Positions 1 to 9,600 of a stretch of DNA of 64,000 nucleotides are shown piece after piece (position 1 is the first letter of the stretch; each line of letters begins with the position of its first letter). Made by a program: the position numbers and the translations under genes. Where the stretch lies: positions 72 to 64,071 of the forward strand of contig CALJJZ010000044.1 of assembly GCA_937973635.1 (NCBI GenBank). Reading direction: 5' to 3'. This DNA comes from an uncultured Bacillota bacterium. GTDB lineage: Bacteria; Bacillota; Dethiobacteria; DTU022; UBA8154. The notes beneath the pieces were generated by a model. The model saw only the letters and a program-made list of their open reading frames with translations. It was not told the origin of the DNA and did no database searches.

Positions 1-747
1 CGAACTGAAGCTGGAGGATTATGATCTTAGCCGGTGGCGGCTCATGCATATCGGAGCCCAGCCTGTCCCCCCTCCCTGATTGCCCACTGGAAGCGCTACT
101 TTCCCACCATGGACTACGATACGACCTACGGCCTCAGCGAGGCCACCGTCCCCAATTGCGTGCACCTGGGGATCGAGAACACGCACAAAATCGGCGCCAT
201 CGGGCGCCCCGGCTTTAACTGGGAGACGCGTATCGTTGATGAGGCAGGCAAGGACGTTGCCCGCGGCCAGACTGGGGAACTAATTGTGCGGGGCAACGGC
301 GTAATGTGTGAGTACTATAAAAACCCCGAAGCCACAGCCCTGGCTATCAGGGAAGGGTGGCTTTATACCGGCGATATGGTAAGGGAAGATGAGGACGGGT
401 TTATCTATATCGTAGATCGGAAGAAGGACGTGATCATTACCGGCGGGGAGAACGTATTTCCCGTGGAGGTGGAAAACTTCCTGCACACCCATGCGGCGGG
501 CAAAGATGTTGCCGCCATCGGCTTCCCCGATGAGAGGCTCGGGGAAATTGTGGCCGTGGTGGTGGAGCCGGTCCCCGGCCGGGAAGCTACAGAGGCGGAG
601 CTCCTGGAATACTGTGCTGCCCTGCCAAAATATAAACGGCCCCGCAAAGTATTTTTCGGCGAGGTGTCCCGCAACCCCACCGGCAAGATCGAAAAACCTA
701 AATTACGCAAAAAATATACAGGTACAGAAGAAGCCTTTAAGCTATAA
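1..747 (+). CDS. AMP-dependent synthetase/ligase (acyl-CoA synthetase), C-terminal part; 5' end is outside the window
   Basis: Translation has the ANL-superfamily C-terminal motifs (YTGDMVREDEDGFIYIVDRKKDVIITGGENVFPVEVE, PTGKIEKPKLRK). The frame is open to base 1. Confidence 0.85.
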
Positions 748-796
748 GCGACAGGTTTCCATGTCCGGGTTCTGCCTATATGTCCTGCCGGCACGG

Positions 797-2131
797 TTAG
801 CGTTTGCGCAGGCTTAAAGGGATGCCCTGCTTTTTAAATTCCCGGGAGAGGAAGAGAAGCACGACGACAAAGGAGAGGAAGTCGGCCAGGGGCGTGGCCA
901 GCCAGAACCCGGTGAGACCGTAATAGCGGGGCACTATGAGCACAAGGGGAAGATAAAGGATAAACTGGCGCATCAGGGCAAGGAGCAGGGAGGCGGCTCC
1001 TTTGCCGATACCCTGGAAGAAGACGACGGCCATGGTATGCATGCCGATCAGCGGGTAGGTGAGGACCATGATGCGCACAGCATCCAGGCCGATTTTTAGG
1101 AGCTCCTCTTCATCTGTAAACAGGCGCAGGAAAAATTCAGGGAAAAGAAAAAGGGCGATCCCGGCCAGGGTGACCAAGACAGTGGCGGCACCGCTGCCCT
1201 TAAAGATGGCCTCCCGGATGCGCTCTATCTTCCTGGCGCCGAAATTAAAACCCACAATGGGCAACACACCCTGGGCAATGCCGATTACGGGCATAAAGGC
1301 AAACATCTGGAAGCGCACAAGGAGCCCCATCACGGCGATGGGCGCGTAGCCGTAATGGTCACTCAGGATGCGGTTGACGATTACCAGGGAGATATTGATG
1401 GCGACCTGGTTCAATAAAGAAGGGAAGCCCACCCTGTAGATCTCCAGGATGGTGCGCCCGCAGGGACGCAGGTGCACCGGGCGGACCCTAAGGGAGCTTT
1501 TGCGGCCGTAAAAATAAGCAAGGAGCATGACCACGCCCACGATTTTAGCCAGGACGGTGGCCACGGCCGCACCCCGGATCCCCATTTTCAGCCCGAAGAT
1601 AAAGATGGGGTCCAGGATAATATTGGTAACAGAGGAGATGACCATTACTTTCATGGGCAAAATGGCGTTGCCTTCGGCGCGGATAACGTGGTTGAGGATC
1701 ATGATCAACAGAATTAAGCCGGCCCCGCCGATGATAATGGACATATATTCCATGGTCGGCACCATAATTTCAGGGGTCGTGCCAAAGAAAGAGAGCAGCG
1801 GTTCCAGGAAAAGCAGGCCTGCCACTGCGGCAAAAAGGCCGAACAAAAGGGAAAGCATGATCGACTGGCCGGCGGCGGTAACGGCGTCCTGGTAGCGGCC
1901 GGCGCCCAGGGAGCGGGAGATAAACGACCCGGCTCCGATGCCCGTGCCCACGGCCAGGGCGCTGAAAAGCATCTGGATGGGGAAAGAGATAGAAAGGGCG
2001 GCGATGGCCTCTCCGCCCAGGCGGCCCACAAAGATGGTGTCAATGATATTGTAGGAGGCCATCACAGCCATGGCGAAGGTAGCCGGCAGGGAGAAGCGCA
2101 CCAGCAGCCTGGTAATATTCTCCGTACCCAT
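797..2131 (-). CDS. MATE family multidrug/oligosaccharidyl-lipid efflux transporter. The ORF stays open up to 2350, but that extension is low-complexity and repeat-encoded, so the likely start is the Met at 2131.
   Basis: Twelve-TM hydrophobic profile. MATE N-terminal signature (ITRLLVRFSLPATFAMAVMASYNIIDTIFVGRLGGEAIAAL) and its repeat in the second half. Confidence 0.8.
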   Translation of the reverse strand: MGTENITRLLVRFSLPATFAMAVMASYNIIDTIFVGRLGGEAIAALSISFPIQMLFSALAVGTGIGAGSFISRSLGAGRYQDAVTAAGQSIMLSLLFGLFAAVAGLLFLEPLLSFFGTTPEIMVPTMEYMSIIIGGAGLILLIMILNHVIRAEGNAILPMKVMVISSVTNIILDPIFIFGLKMGIRGAAVATVLAKIVGVVMLLAYFYGRKSSLRVRPVHLRPCGRTILEIYRVGFPSLLNQVAINISLVIVNRILSDHYGYAPIAVMGLLVRFQMFAFMPVIGIAQGVLPIVGFNFGARKIERIREAIFKGSGAATVLVTLAGIALFLFPEFFLRLFTDEEELLKIGLDAVRIMVLTYPLIGMHTMAVVFFQGIGKGAASLLLALMRQFILYLPLVLIVPRYYGLTGFWLATPLADFLSFVVVLLFLSREFKKQGIPLSLRKR

Positions 2132-2210
2132 ATCTGCGCCATTGGTGCTGCCCGCGCCTTCCGCGCCGCCTGCTGTGCCCGGCCCGGCTGTTCCTTCCCG
2201 CTCTGCGCTT

Positions 2211-2261
2211 CCTGTTTTTATCCCCGTTTTTATCTCCGTTTTTGCCCCTGTTTTTGTCTTA
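2211..2261. repeat. Tandem array of about four 11-12-nt units (CC(C)CGTTTTTAT/G) in the MATE gene leader
   Basis: Direct reading gives cctgtttttat ccccgtttttat ctccgtttttg cccctgtttttg. Confidence 0.6.
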
Positions 2262-2558
2262 AACAAGCGTCCCCTTTGCGTTTCCTGCTCCTCAAATCCG
2301 CCCATAAACGTCCTCCTCCAACCTGTGAGCGGCAAAAAAAGCCCGTCCACTTTAGCCGGGAGATCTTTTACCCCAGGTCTTTATTTTATGCCCTTTAACA
2401 GGGAAAGGCAATGGTTAATGGTTATATGTTATAATATCTGCGTTAAGAAAGTGGCGGCGCGCCTTCTCCAGCCGTGCCGTGCCGGCCGGATAAGACCCGG
2501 TGCGCCGCAGATGGGAGTGAAGGCCACTTTGGGAAATTTAAATTTCAACAAACAGCGT

Positions 2559-3002
2559 ATGGAGGCATATAGACAAAATTTTTCCCGCATGTCTCCCATT
2601 GTGCGTCTCTTTGGCATGGAACTTTCCTTTGATGAAAAAACGGGCAGCGCCATTGTGGACCTTCCCTATAACCCCCACCTGGACCACAGCCAGGGGGGCA
2701 TCCATGGCGGTGTGTATGCCACGCTGCTGGATACGGCGGGCTGGTTTACGGCAGCCATCGCCCATGATACGGATTGCTGGGTGGCCACGTCAGAGCTTAG
2801 CTTTCACCTGCTCAGGCACGCCAGGCGGACTGCTTTGCGCGCCGTGGGCCGCCTGCTCAAAGCCGGCAAGCGCCAGAACGTCTGTGAGATGTACCTCTAC
2901 GACGCAGAGGGCAACCTGGTCGCCCACGGCACGGGGACGTTTATTATCCTCCCCCACCTTTCCTTTATTTCCGGCAAGAGGCGTTCCGACTCCGAACCCT
3001 GA
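2559..3002 (+). CDS. PaaI/YbgC-type hotdog-fold thioesterase
   Basis: About 147 aa with the 'uncharacterized domain 1' thioesterase pattern (GGIHGGVYATLLDTAGWF...GTGTFII). The upstream part of the 310-aa ORF is Pro/Ala-rich low complexity, antisense to the MATE leader. Confidence 0.7.
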   Translation: MEAYRQNFSRMSPIVRLFGMELSFDEKTGSAIVDLPYNPHLDHSQGGIHGGVYATLLDTAGWFTAAIAHDTDCWVATSELSFHLLRHARRTALRAVGRLLKAGKRQNVCEMYLYDAEGNLVAHGTGTFIILPHLSFISGKRRSDSEP

Positions 3003-3101
3003 ACCTTGGAGCCTGAACCCTGAAAGCTAAAGCCCGACCTTTAAGCTTTGTTGTTTTCTTGAATCTGCAAGCAATATTTGTTCGCTGCGAGGTAAACCTT
3101 T

Positions 3102-5075
3102 ATGTTTTTACAACTGCACAATATCCATAAAGCCTACGGCGCCAACCCTGTTTTGCGCGGCGTCTCCCTGCAGCTGCACCGCGGCGAGCGGGCGGGCCTG
3201 ATCGGAGTCAACGGCTCCGGCAAGAGCACGATCCTGAAAATCATCATGGGCGAAGAAACTGCCGATGGGGGGCAGCTCCGCCTCTCCCGGGAGGTTAAGG
3301 TGGGTTACTTGAGCCAGAAACCGGAGTTTACTAGCAAGGAGACGCTGCGCGCTTTTTTGGAGCAGGGGGCGGCGCCGTTACTTAAGCTACAAAAAGAGAT
3401 GGCCGCCCTGGAGCAGGAGATGGCCCGGGTGTCCCGGCAGGAGGGGAAGAATGCACCCCGGCTGGACCCCCTGGTAGAACGTTACGGGATACTGGCACAC
3501 CATTTTGAAGAGCAGGGAGGCTATGACCTGGAGCACCGCCTGCGGGTTGTGGCCAGGGGGCTGGGCTTTGACGAGGCGGACCTCGGCCGTTCCCTCGCCA
3601 CTTTCAGCGGCGGCGAGAAAACGCGGGCCCAGCTCGCAGCGCTGCTCTTGCAGGAACCGGAGCTGCTGCTCCTCGATGAGCCCACCAACAACCTGGATAC
3701 AGAGGCGGTGGAATGGCTGGAGAGCTACCTTTCCGCCTGGCGCGGCGCTCTTTTGGTGGTTTCCCACGACCGTTATTTTCTTGACCGGGTGGCCACTGAA
3801 GTGCTTCTGCTGGAGCAGGGCGTGGTCCGGGCCTACCGGGGGAATTACAGCGCCTTTCAGTCCCAGCGGCGCCTGGAGGAGGCAACTGCCCTGAAGGCAT
3901 ACCGCAAACAGCAGGCAGTCCTGGAAAAAGAGAGGGCTTTTATCCTTAACGCCGCTGCTGATGCCCGCACAAAGCGACAGGCCCGCAGCCGGGAAAAGCG
4001 TCTGGAAAAGCTGGAGCCGCTTCAGGGGGTTACCCGTGAGCGGGAAATTAAGATCAGGTTGGGTTTTGCCGGGCGCAGCGGCAAACTGGTGGTGAGCCTG
4101 GAAAATATCTCCAAAAAATACGGCCCCAGGCAGATTTTTGCCGACGTAAACCTGGAGATTCACTGGGGGGACCGGGTGGCGGTAGTGGGCCCCAACGGTG
4201 CGGGGAAAACCACCCTGCTGCGGGTGATTACAGGGGAAGAAGCCCCTACCACGGGGCGTTTGCGCGTGGGGCCTTCTGTGCGTATGGCCTACTTTGAGCA
4301 GGAACAAAAGGAGCTGGATCCCCACAGCACCCCCCTGGCTGTGATTATGAACGCTTCCTCCATGTCTGCGCCGGAAGCCAGAAATTACCTGGGGAGCTAC
4401 CTTTTTCAGGGGGAAGATGTATTTAAGAAAATCGGGAGCCTGAGCGGTGGCGAACTCAGCCGCCTTGCCCTGGCCAAAATGGGCCTGGTGGAGGGCAATT
4501 TTTTAATCATGGACGAACCTACAAACCACCTCGATTTCCAGGGCGTGGAAGAGCTGGAGACAACGCTGGCCGCTTATCCGGGGACCATACTCCTTGTCTC
4601 CCATGACCGCTATTTTATTTCCCGGACAGCGAACAAGATCCTAGAGCTGCAGGACGGCCGGGCGCGCCTCTTTGGCGGGAGCTACCGGGAGTACCGGGAG
4701 CTCAAAGAGAGGGGAAAGGCCCTCCGCCCCGCTGTTTCCCCTCTGTCGTCGTCCGGTGTGGAGGCGGACCGGGAAAAAGCTGACCGCCTGGCGCAGCGCC
4801 AGGCAGAGCAGGCAAAGCGGGCAGAGCTTATGGCGCAGCGTCGCCGCCGCCGGGAAGCGGAGCGGCAGCTGGCTGCCCTGGAAGAAGAAATCCACGGAAC
4901 GGAAGAGCGTATCGGGCTGCTGGAGCAACAGCTGGCAGATCCGGCCCTTTACAGCTGCTTTGCCCAAGCCCGTCCTGTCATGGACGAATTGCAGGCGCTG
5001 CGCGGGCAGCTGGAGAAGCTCTACAAGCAGTGGGAGGAGACGGCAGCCCTCTTGGAAGAGCTGCCGTCTCTTTAA
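3102..5075 (+). CDS. ABC-F family ATPase (Uup/EttA-like). Two ABC cassettes, no TMD, C-terminal coiled coil.
   Basis: Two Walker A motifs (GVNGSGKST, GPNGAGKTT), two LSGGE signatures, an inter-domain linker, and a Glu/Arg-rich C-terminal coiled coil. Confidence 0.9.
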   Translation: MFLQLHNIHKAYGANPVLRGVSLQLHRGERAGLIGVNGSGKSTILKIIMGEETADGGQLRLSREVKVGYLSQKPEFTSKETLRAFLEQGAAPLLKLQKEMAALEQEMARVSRQEGKNAPRLDPLVERYGILAHHFEEQGGYDLEHRLRVVARGLGFDEADLGRSLATFSGGEKTRAQLAALLLQEPELLLLDEPTNNLDTEAVEWLESYLSAWRGALLVVSHDRYFLDRVATEVLLLEQGVVRAYRGNYSAFQSQRRLEEATALKAYRKQQAVLEKERAFILNAAADARTKRQARSREKRLEKLEPLQGVTREREIKIRLGFAGRSGKLVVSLENISKKYGPRQIFADVNLEIHWGDRVAVVGPNGAGKTTLLRVITGEEAPTTGRLRVGPSVRMAYFEQEQKELDPHSTPLAVIMNASSMSAPEARNYLGSYLFQGEDVFKKIGSLSGGELSRLALAKMGLVEGNFLIMDEPTNHLDFQGVEELETTLAAYPGTILLVSHDRYFISRTANKILELQDGRARLFGGSYREYRELKERGKALRPAVSPLSSSGVEADREKADRLAQRQAEQAKRAELMAQRRRRREAERQLAALEEEIHGTEERIGLLEQQLADPALYSCFAQARPVMDELQALRGQLEKLYKQWEETAALLEELPSL

Positions 5076-5100
5076 GGTAACTATCTCTAAGGGTAACTGC

Positions 5101-5787
5101 CTAACGCACGAAAAGGTGGCTGCCGATACGGGCCAGCACCGGCCGGCTGCGTATCCAGGCGTTCCAGGATTTGGCAGGATTGTAAAAGGAGAGTGCTCCT
5201 CCTGTGGGGTCATTGCCCTCAAGGGCTTCCAGAACAGCCCGGCGAGCTTCGTCCCCGGCCGGCCTGTTAATTGTCCCGTTGCGTACGGGACAGTACTGAT
5301 AGCCATAGGACACTTGGTAGATGACTCCGGGGATCGTATTGGGGTAACGGGGGCTCTCCACCCTGTTTAAAACCGTGGCGGCCACAGCCACTTTGCCCGG
5401 GTACGGCTCGCCCCCGGCTTCCGCCTGGACGAGGCGGGCCAGCAGATCGATGTCCTTCGCGCTGAAGCGCGGTGCCGGTGGCGCTGGCGGCGATGTCGGC
5501 ACGGCTGCCTCGGTACCTGCGCCTTCTTCTTTATTTGTCTTCCCTTTTCTTCCTTCTTTTTCTTCTTCTTTTAGTTCTCCTGCTGTTTTTTCCACGGGTA
5601 ACAGCTGGTTTGCAGCAGCTGGTTTTAACAGGGGATCGAGGGCGCTTGCGCTCAACATTACCGCCGCGGCTTCCTTTTTGCCCGGCCCGGAGGCTTCTGC
5701 CACCCGGGCGGAGGTTTCCGCCGATCCGCCTGTGATCAGGAAAATACAGATAGCCATACTTAACAATTTTTGCATCTTTTGTTTCAT
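5101..5787 (-). CDS. SleB-like cell-wall (spore cortex-lytic) hydrolase with signal peptide
   Basis: C-terminal Hydrolase_2 domain (VAATVLNRVESPRYPNTIPGVIYQ...YQYCPVRNG...FYNP). N-terminal signal peptide. RBS GGAGGTGAGGAGG sits before the ATG. Confidence 0.8.
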   Translation of the reverse strand: MKQKMQKLLSMAICIFLITGGSAETSARVAEASGPGKKEAAAVMLSASALDPLLKPAAANQLLPVEKTAGELKEEEKEGRKGKTNKEEGAGTEAAVPTSPPAPPAPRFSAKDIDLLARLVQAEAGGEPYPGKVAVAATVLNRVESPRYPNTIPGVIYQVSYGYQYCPVRNGTINRPAGDEARRAVLEALEGNDPTGGALSFYNPAKSWNAWIRSRPVLARIGSHLFVR

Positions 5788-5794
5788 TTTTCCT

Positions 5795-5920
5795 CCTCAC
5801 CTCCGGAGTTAGCTGTCGGGTTAGGGCGAGGAATGCCCTACCGCCTGTAGGCGGTTACACCCCGGAACATGGTTCCCCCGTACCCTCAAAAAGAGGGATT
5901 CGGCATTGATCGGTTTTCCG
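5795..5920 (-). ncRNA. Cyclic-di-AMP riboswitch (ydaO-yuaA class) in the 5' leader of the SleB-like gene
   Basis: The minus-strand transcript carries the ydaO hallmark segments as I recall them: UGCCGAAUCCC, ACGGGGGAACC, GGGGUGUAACC, and the 3' block AACCCGACAGCUAACUCCGGAGG. That last block runs into the RBS. A TATAAT lies about 10 nt upstream. Cell-wall hydrolases are classic ydaO targets. Confidence 0.5.
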
Positions 5921-6091
5921 TATTATAAAGGAGCTTAAGGGGGCGGGGCAAACAGCTCTCACCGGGCTGAGGAAGAATAAGCTGTGCTGAGGGGTACATA
6001 TTAATCATCTGGCAAAGAATATATACGTTCAGGCTGCTACAGCCAAGGTCTGCGGCGGGATGGTTGTTTTTGCCTCAACGAAGACGGCGCC

Positions 6092-6808
6092 TTAAGGAGC
6101 GGCGCCGGCAGCACAGATAAAGGTGTAAAGATCCTCCAGATAGCCCTCGAAATCCGCTTCGTAAGGCTCACCGCCGTCATTAATCAGGTTGTTTTTGACC
6201 AGGTAGGTGGCGATACCCAGGCGGGCGGCGGCCAAGTCTTCCCTGGTGTCGTTTCCGACCATCAGGCATTCTCCGGGTCTGCGCCCGAGCAGGTTCAGGA
6301 TCTCCGCATAATATTCAGGGTGTGGTTTGCAGAAGTGCGTATTTTCGTAAGTGGTAATTAGATGGAAAGGCAGGTGCGCAATGCCGGCCCACTTTAGCCG
6401 CTGCCGGATGGCCATTTCCGGAAATACGGGATTGGTGGCGATAACGACCTCCCGCCCCTGCAGGAACGCCTTTTCTATCAGTCCTCTGGCCAGCGGCTCA
6501 GGCCGGGCATAACGCTGCAGCCGGGGAAAATCGCGCTCATAATAATCTGTGAACACGGGCAGCAGTATCTCCCGGGAGAGTCCCGTGCGGGTGATGAAAT
6601 CCTCCCAGAAGACTTCTTCGTTAGTTTGCGCCGCCTCTCTGTTCAGCAGCATTGTCCGGGTGCTTTGCAGCAGCTTTTTTACAAAGACAGCAGGCTCAAG
6701 GAGATGGGCAAAACGGGGTGCGATGCTATCCAGGTAGCGGGCTACAAATTCATCCCTGTTGAGGGACAAAAGCGTCCCGTCCAGGTCGAATAACAGGGTT
6801 TTAAACAT
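6092..6808 (-). CDS. HAD-superfamily hydrolase (phosphatase)
   Basis: Motif I FDLDGTLL follows the Met at 6808 (RBS GGAGAAG). Motifs III/IV are present (K..., GNDTREDLAAARLG, resembling GDxxxD). Confidence 0.8.
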   Translation of the reverse strand: MFKTLLFDLDGTLLSLNRDEFVARYLDSIAPRFAHLLEPAVFVKKLLQSTRTMLLNREAAQTNEEVFWEDFITRTGLSREILLPVFTDYYERDFPRLQRYARPEPLARGLIEKAFLQGREVVIATNPVFPEMAIRQRLKWAGIAHLPFHLITTYENTHFCKPHPEYYAEILNLLGRRPGECLMVGNDTREDLAAARLGIATYLVKNNLINDGGEPYEADFEGYLEDLYTFICAAGAAP

Positions 6809-7045
6809 GGCTTCTCCTTTTTTAACGACTATTTTGGGAGCAACTATAATCTTTTTCTCAAATTTTAACAAAAAAAAGCGGGAACGTCAAAACCGCCTGC
6901 CCGGCCGGTGCCCGGCCAAAACTGCACCCCGGCCCGAATTTAATGGTAAATTTTTCTGGCTTATGGCCTGGTTTTAAGGGCCTGCCAAAGGGGATAATAA
7001 GTTAAATTACGGAACAAAGCCGGAACAACCAGCGAGAGCGAGGAG

Positions 7046-9499
7046 ATGAAGTCTTTGAAAGCGGTAATTATGGCCGGCGGCGAGGGCGCCAGGCTGCGTC
7101 CCCTGACCTGCGACCGACCAAAACCCATGGTACCCCTGCTCGGGCGTCCGATGATGGAGTACATCCTCAGACTGCTGCTAAAACACTGCCTGCAGGAGAT
7201 GGCCGTAACGCTCCAGTATCTCCCGGAAAAGATCAAAGGTCATTTTGCTGACGGCGAAGATTGGGGTGTCAGCTTGTGCTATTTTTTGGAAAAAGCACCT
7301 CTGGGGACGGCAGGCAGCGTAAAAAATGCTGCCTCCTTCCTTGACCGGACCTTCCTGGTGATCAGCGGCGACTGCCTTACGGACATCGATCTGACAGCGG
7401 CCCTCCGCTTTCACCGGCGCAAAAAAGCCCTGGCCACCATTGTCCTTACACCCAGGGAAGATCCCCTGGAATATGGTATTGTCATTACCGACGCAGAAGG
7501 GAGGATCAACCGTTTTCTGGAGAAGCCCGGCTGGGGCGAGGTTTTCAGCGATACGGTGAATACGGGGATATATATCCTTGAGCCGGAGGTGCTGCGCTAC
7601 ATCCCCGAAGGCGAAAAATTCGATTTCAGCCGCGACCTTTTCCCTCTGCTCCTGCAGGAAAGAAAAGCCCTTTACGGTTGCAGTCTTCCCGGTTACTGGT
7701 GCGACATCGGTAGCCTGGAGCAGTATATCCAGGCCCAGCATGATATGCTTGCCGGCAAAGTAAGCGTGGAGATCCCCGCTGCAGAAACGGAAAAGGGGGT
7801 GTGGCTGAGCCCGGGAGTGGAGCTGGAGGAAGGCTCGCGCCTGCTGCCCCCCGTATTTATAGGCGCCGGCACGCGCATCTCCAGGGGAGCGGTGGTAGGT
7901 GACTATGCCGTTATCGGCGCCCAAAACCATATCGGCCCCGGTGCTGTGGTAAAGAGGGGCATTACCTGGGACGGGGTCAACATTGCCGCCGGGGCAGCCC
8001 TTAAAGGAGGTATCCTAGGGCAGAGGGCACAGCTGGAAGAGCGGTCCGTAGTTTATGAAGACGCCATCCTGGCGGACAAAAGTATCCTCGGAGGGGAAAG
8101 CGTGATCAGACCGGGGGTTAAGGTATGGCCCTACAAGCATCTGGAAAGCGGCATCACGCTGCGCTCCAACCTTGTCTGGGGCAGCAGGGCCTGCCGCTTC
8201 CTCTTTGGCTTTGACGGCGTCAAAGGCAGGCTCAACGGTGAATGCAACGTGGAAGCGGCGGTAAGCCTGGGGGCGGCATTTGGTTCTCTGCTGGGACGGG
8301 GGAAAAGGGCCGTTGTGGGCCATGAAGCGGCGGCAGCCGCCGGTCTTTTGAAAGATGCGGTAAAACTTGGTCTCATATCCACCGGGCTGGAGGTATATGA
8401 ACTGGGGGAGACGACCTGCGCCATCTGCCGCTTTGCCGTGAACCTTTACGGGGCGCAAGGAGGGGTCTACCTCTCGGTGCCGGCAGAGGCGAAAGACTGT
8501 GTCTGCCTGCGTTTTTTCGACGGCGAAGGGATGAACCTCTCCCGCAATGAGGAGCGGAAAGTGGAGCAGCTTTTTTCCCGCGACGATTTTGCCCGGGCAG
8601 CGGCGGACCAGCTGGGGGAGACGGTTCCCGTCAGTGGTCTGACGGATCAATACAGGGAGTACCTTGCGGGGACGTTGAAAGCCCGCCGGATCCAGGAGCG
8701 CAAATACCGGCTTGTACTCAGCTGCCCGGCCGGGCCGGCCGGCAGCATTTTACTGGAACTCCTGGAGGGGCTAGGCTGCTCCCTGCTTTACCTGCCCTTT
8801 CCCCGCTGCCATGCTGTTTTGCCCCGGCATTTTGCCCGGGAAACGGTGCGGGAAACGGTGGAGCGGACAGGGGCGGATATGGGCGCCGTGCTCTCTCCCG
8901 ACGGCGAGCGCCTCTTTCTCAGCACAGCCTGTGGCCGTGTCCTAGAAGAGGAGGAGCTGCAGGCCCTGATTACGCTCCTGCAGCTGCGCTACAGGCAGCT
9001 TGGCACTGTGGCCGTACCTGTAACGGCACCTCGCGTGCACGAAGAGCTGGCGCGCCGTTACCGCGGCCAGGTGCTACGCACCCGCACCTCTCCCCGCCAG
9101 CGCCTGGAAGGGCTGCGGCAGACAGGGCTGCCCTTCCCTGCACAAGGCTTTGACGGCGGCAAGATCCTGCTGGAGCTTCTAGATTTTATGGCCGCCGAAC
9201 AAAAGTCCCTGGAGCAACTGCTGGAAGAGATCCCGCCCTTTTACCTCGAAGAAAGGAGGCTCCCGTGCCCCTGGAACCAGAAGGGCCGGGTAATGCGGCG
9301 CCTGGTTGAAGAAGCGGGCAGTGAAAAGGTGGAACTGCTCGAAGGCTTAAAGGTTTACCGTCCCGGGGGCTGGGCCCTTGTCCTGCCCGACCCGGAGGAG
9401 CCGGCTTACCGCATTATCGGGGAAGGGGACAGCAGGGAAAACGCAGTAGCCTTGGTCGATTTTTACCTGGAACGGGTGCGCCTGCTGCAGCAGGAATAA
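7046..9499 (+). CDS. Sugar-1-phosphate nucleotidyltransferase with left-handed beta-helix, fused to a phosphoglucomutase/phosphomannomutase-like C-terminal domain whose active site is degenerate
   Basis: N-terminus MAGGEGARLRPLTCDRPKPM (NTP_transferase). Hexapeptide repeats follow. The C-terminal PGM/PMM fold is present, but GGIMITASHNP is replaced by GGVYLSVPAEA, and the DGDGDR metal loop reads SPDGER. Confidence 0.85.
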   Translation: MKSLKAVIMAGGEGARLRPLTCDRPKPMVPLLGRPMMEYILRLLLKHCLQEMAVTLQYLPEKIKGHFADGEDWGVSLCYFLEKAPLGTAGSVKNAASFLDRTFLVISGDCLTDIDLTAALRFHRRKKALATIVLTPREDPLEYGIVITDAEGRINRFLEKPGWGEVFSDTVNTGIYILEPEVLRYIPEGEKFDFSRDLFPLLLQERKALYGCSLPGYWCDIGSLEQYIQAQHDMLAGKVSVEIPAAETEKGVWLSPGVELEEGSRLLPPVFIGAGTRISRGAVVGDYAVIGAQNHIGPGAVVKRGITWDGVNIAAGAALKGGILGQRAQLEERSVVYEDAILADKSILGGESVIRPGVKVWPYKHLESGITLRSNLVWGSRACRFLFGFDGVKGRLNGECNVEAAVSLGAAFGSLLGRGKRAVVGHEAAAAAGLLKDAVKLGLISTGLEVYELGETTCAICRFAVNLYGAQGGVYLSVPAEAKDCVCLRFFDGEGMNLSRNEERKVEQLFSRDDFARAAADQLGETVPVSGLTDQYREYLAGTLKARRIQERKYRLVLSCPAGPAGSILLELLEGLGCSLLYLPFPRCHAVLPRHFARETVRETVERTGADMGAVLSPDGERLFLSTACGRVLEEEELQALITLLQLRYRQLGTVAVPVTAPRVHEELARRYRGQVLRTRTSPRQRLEGLRQTGLPFPAQGFDGGKILLELLDFMAAEQKSLEQLLEEIPPFYLEERRLPCPWNQKGRVMRRLVEEAGSEKVELLEGLKVYRPGGWALVLPDPEEPAYRIIGEGDSRENAVALVDFYLERVRLLQQE

Positions 9500-9523
9500 A
9501 AGATTGTTTCCTTAAAATAATCC

Positions 9524-9573
9524 TTGAAACATTTTGCCTTAGATGTTATGATAAATGCAAATTAATTGCATTT
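9524..9573 (+). promoter_or_regulatory. Sigma-A type promoter (TTGAAA-17-TATGAT) directly abutting an 8-5-8 inverted repeat, AAATGCAA-attaa-TTGCATTT (candidate repressor operator)
   Basis: The -35 is at 9524-9529, the -10 at 9547-9552, and the palindrome at 9553-9573, about 28 nt upstream of the ABC ATPase start. Confidence 0.5.
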
Positions 9574-9600
9574 ATTTTTTTAAAAAAACCGGGGGGAAAT

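Noticed and set aside
797-2350. Full 517-aa extent of the MATE ORF
   Set aside because: The first approximately 73 codons derive from the tandem-repeat leader and lack TM character. Start at the internal Met (2131) preferred, though not proven.
2070-2558. N-terminal 160 aa of the 310-aa ORF containing the thioesterase
   Set aside because: Pro/Ala-rich low complexity, antisense to the MATE leader repeats. A thioesterase of about 147 aa starting at 2559 fits the family size.
5375-5812. Plus-strand ORFs (145 aa, 87 aa) overlapping the SleB-like gene
   Set aside because: Antisense or low-complexity products (poly-Leu/Phe) of the Lys/Glu-rich linker of the hydrolase gene.
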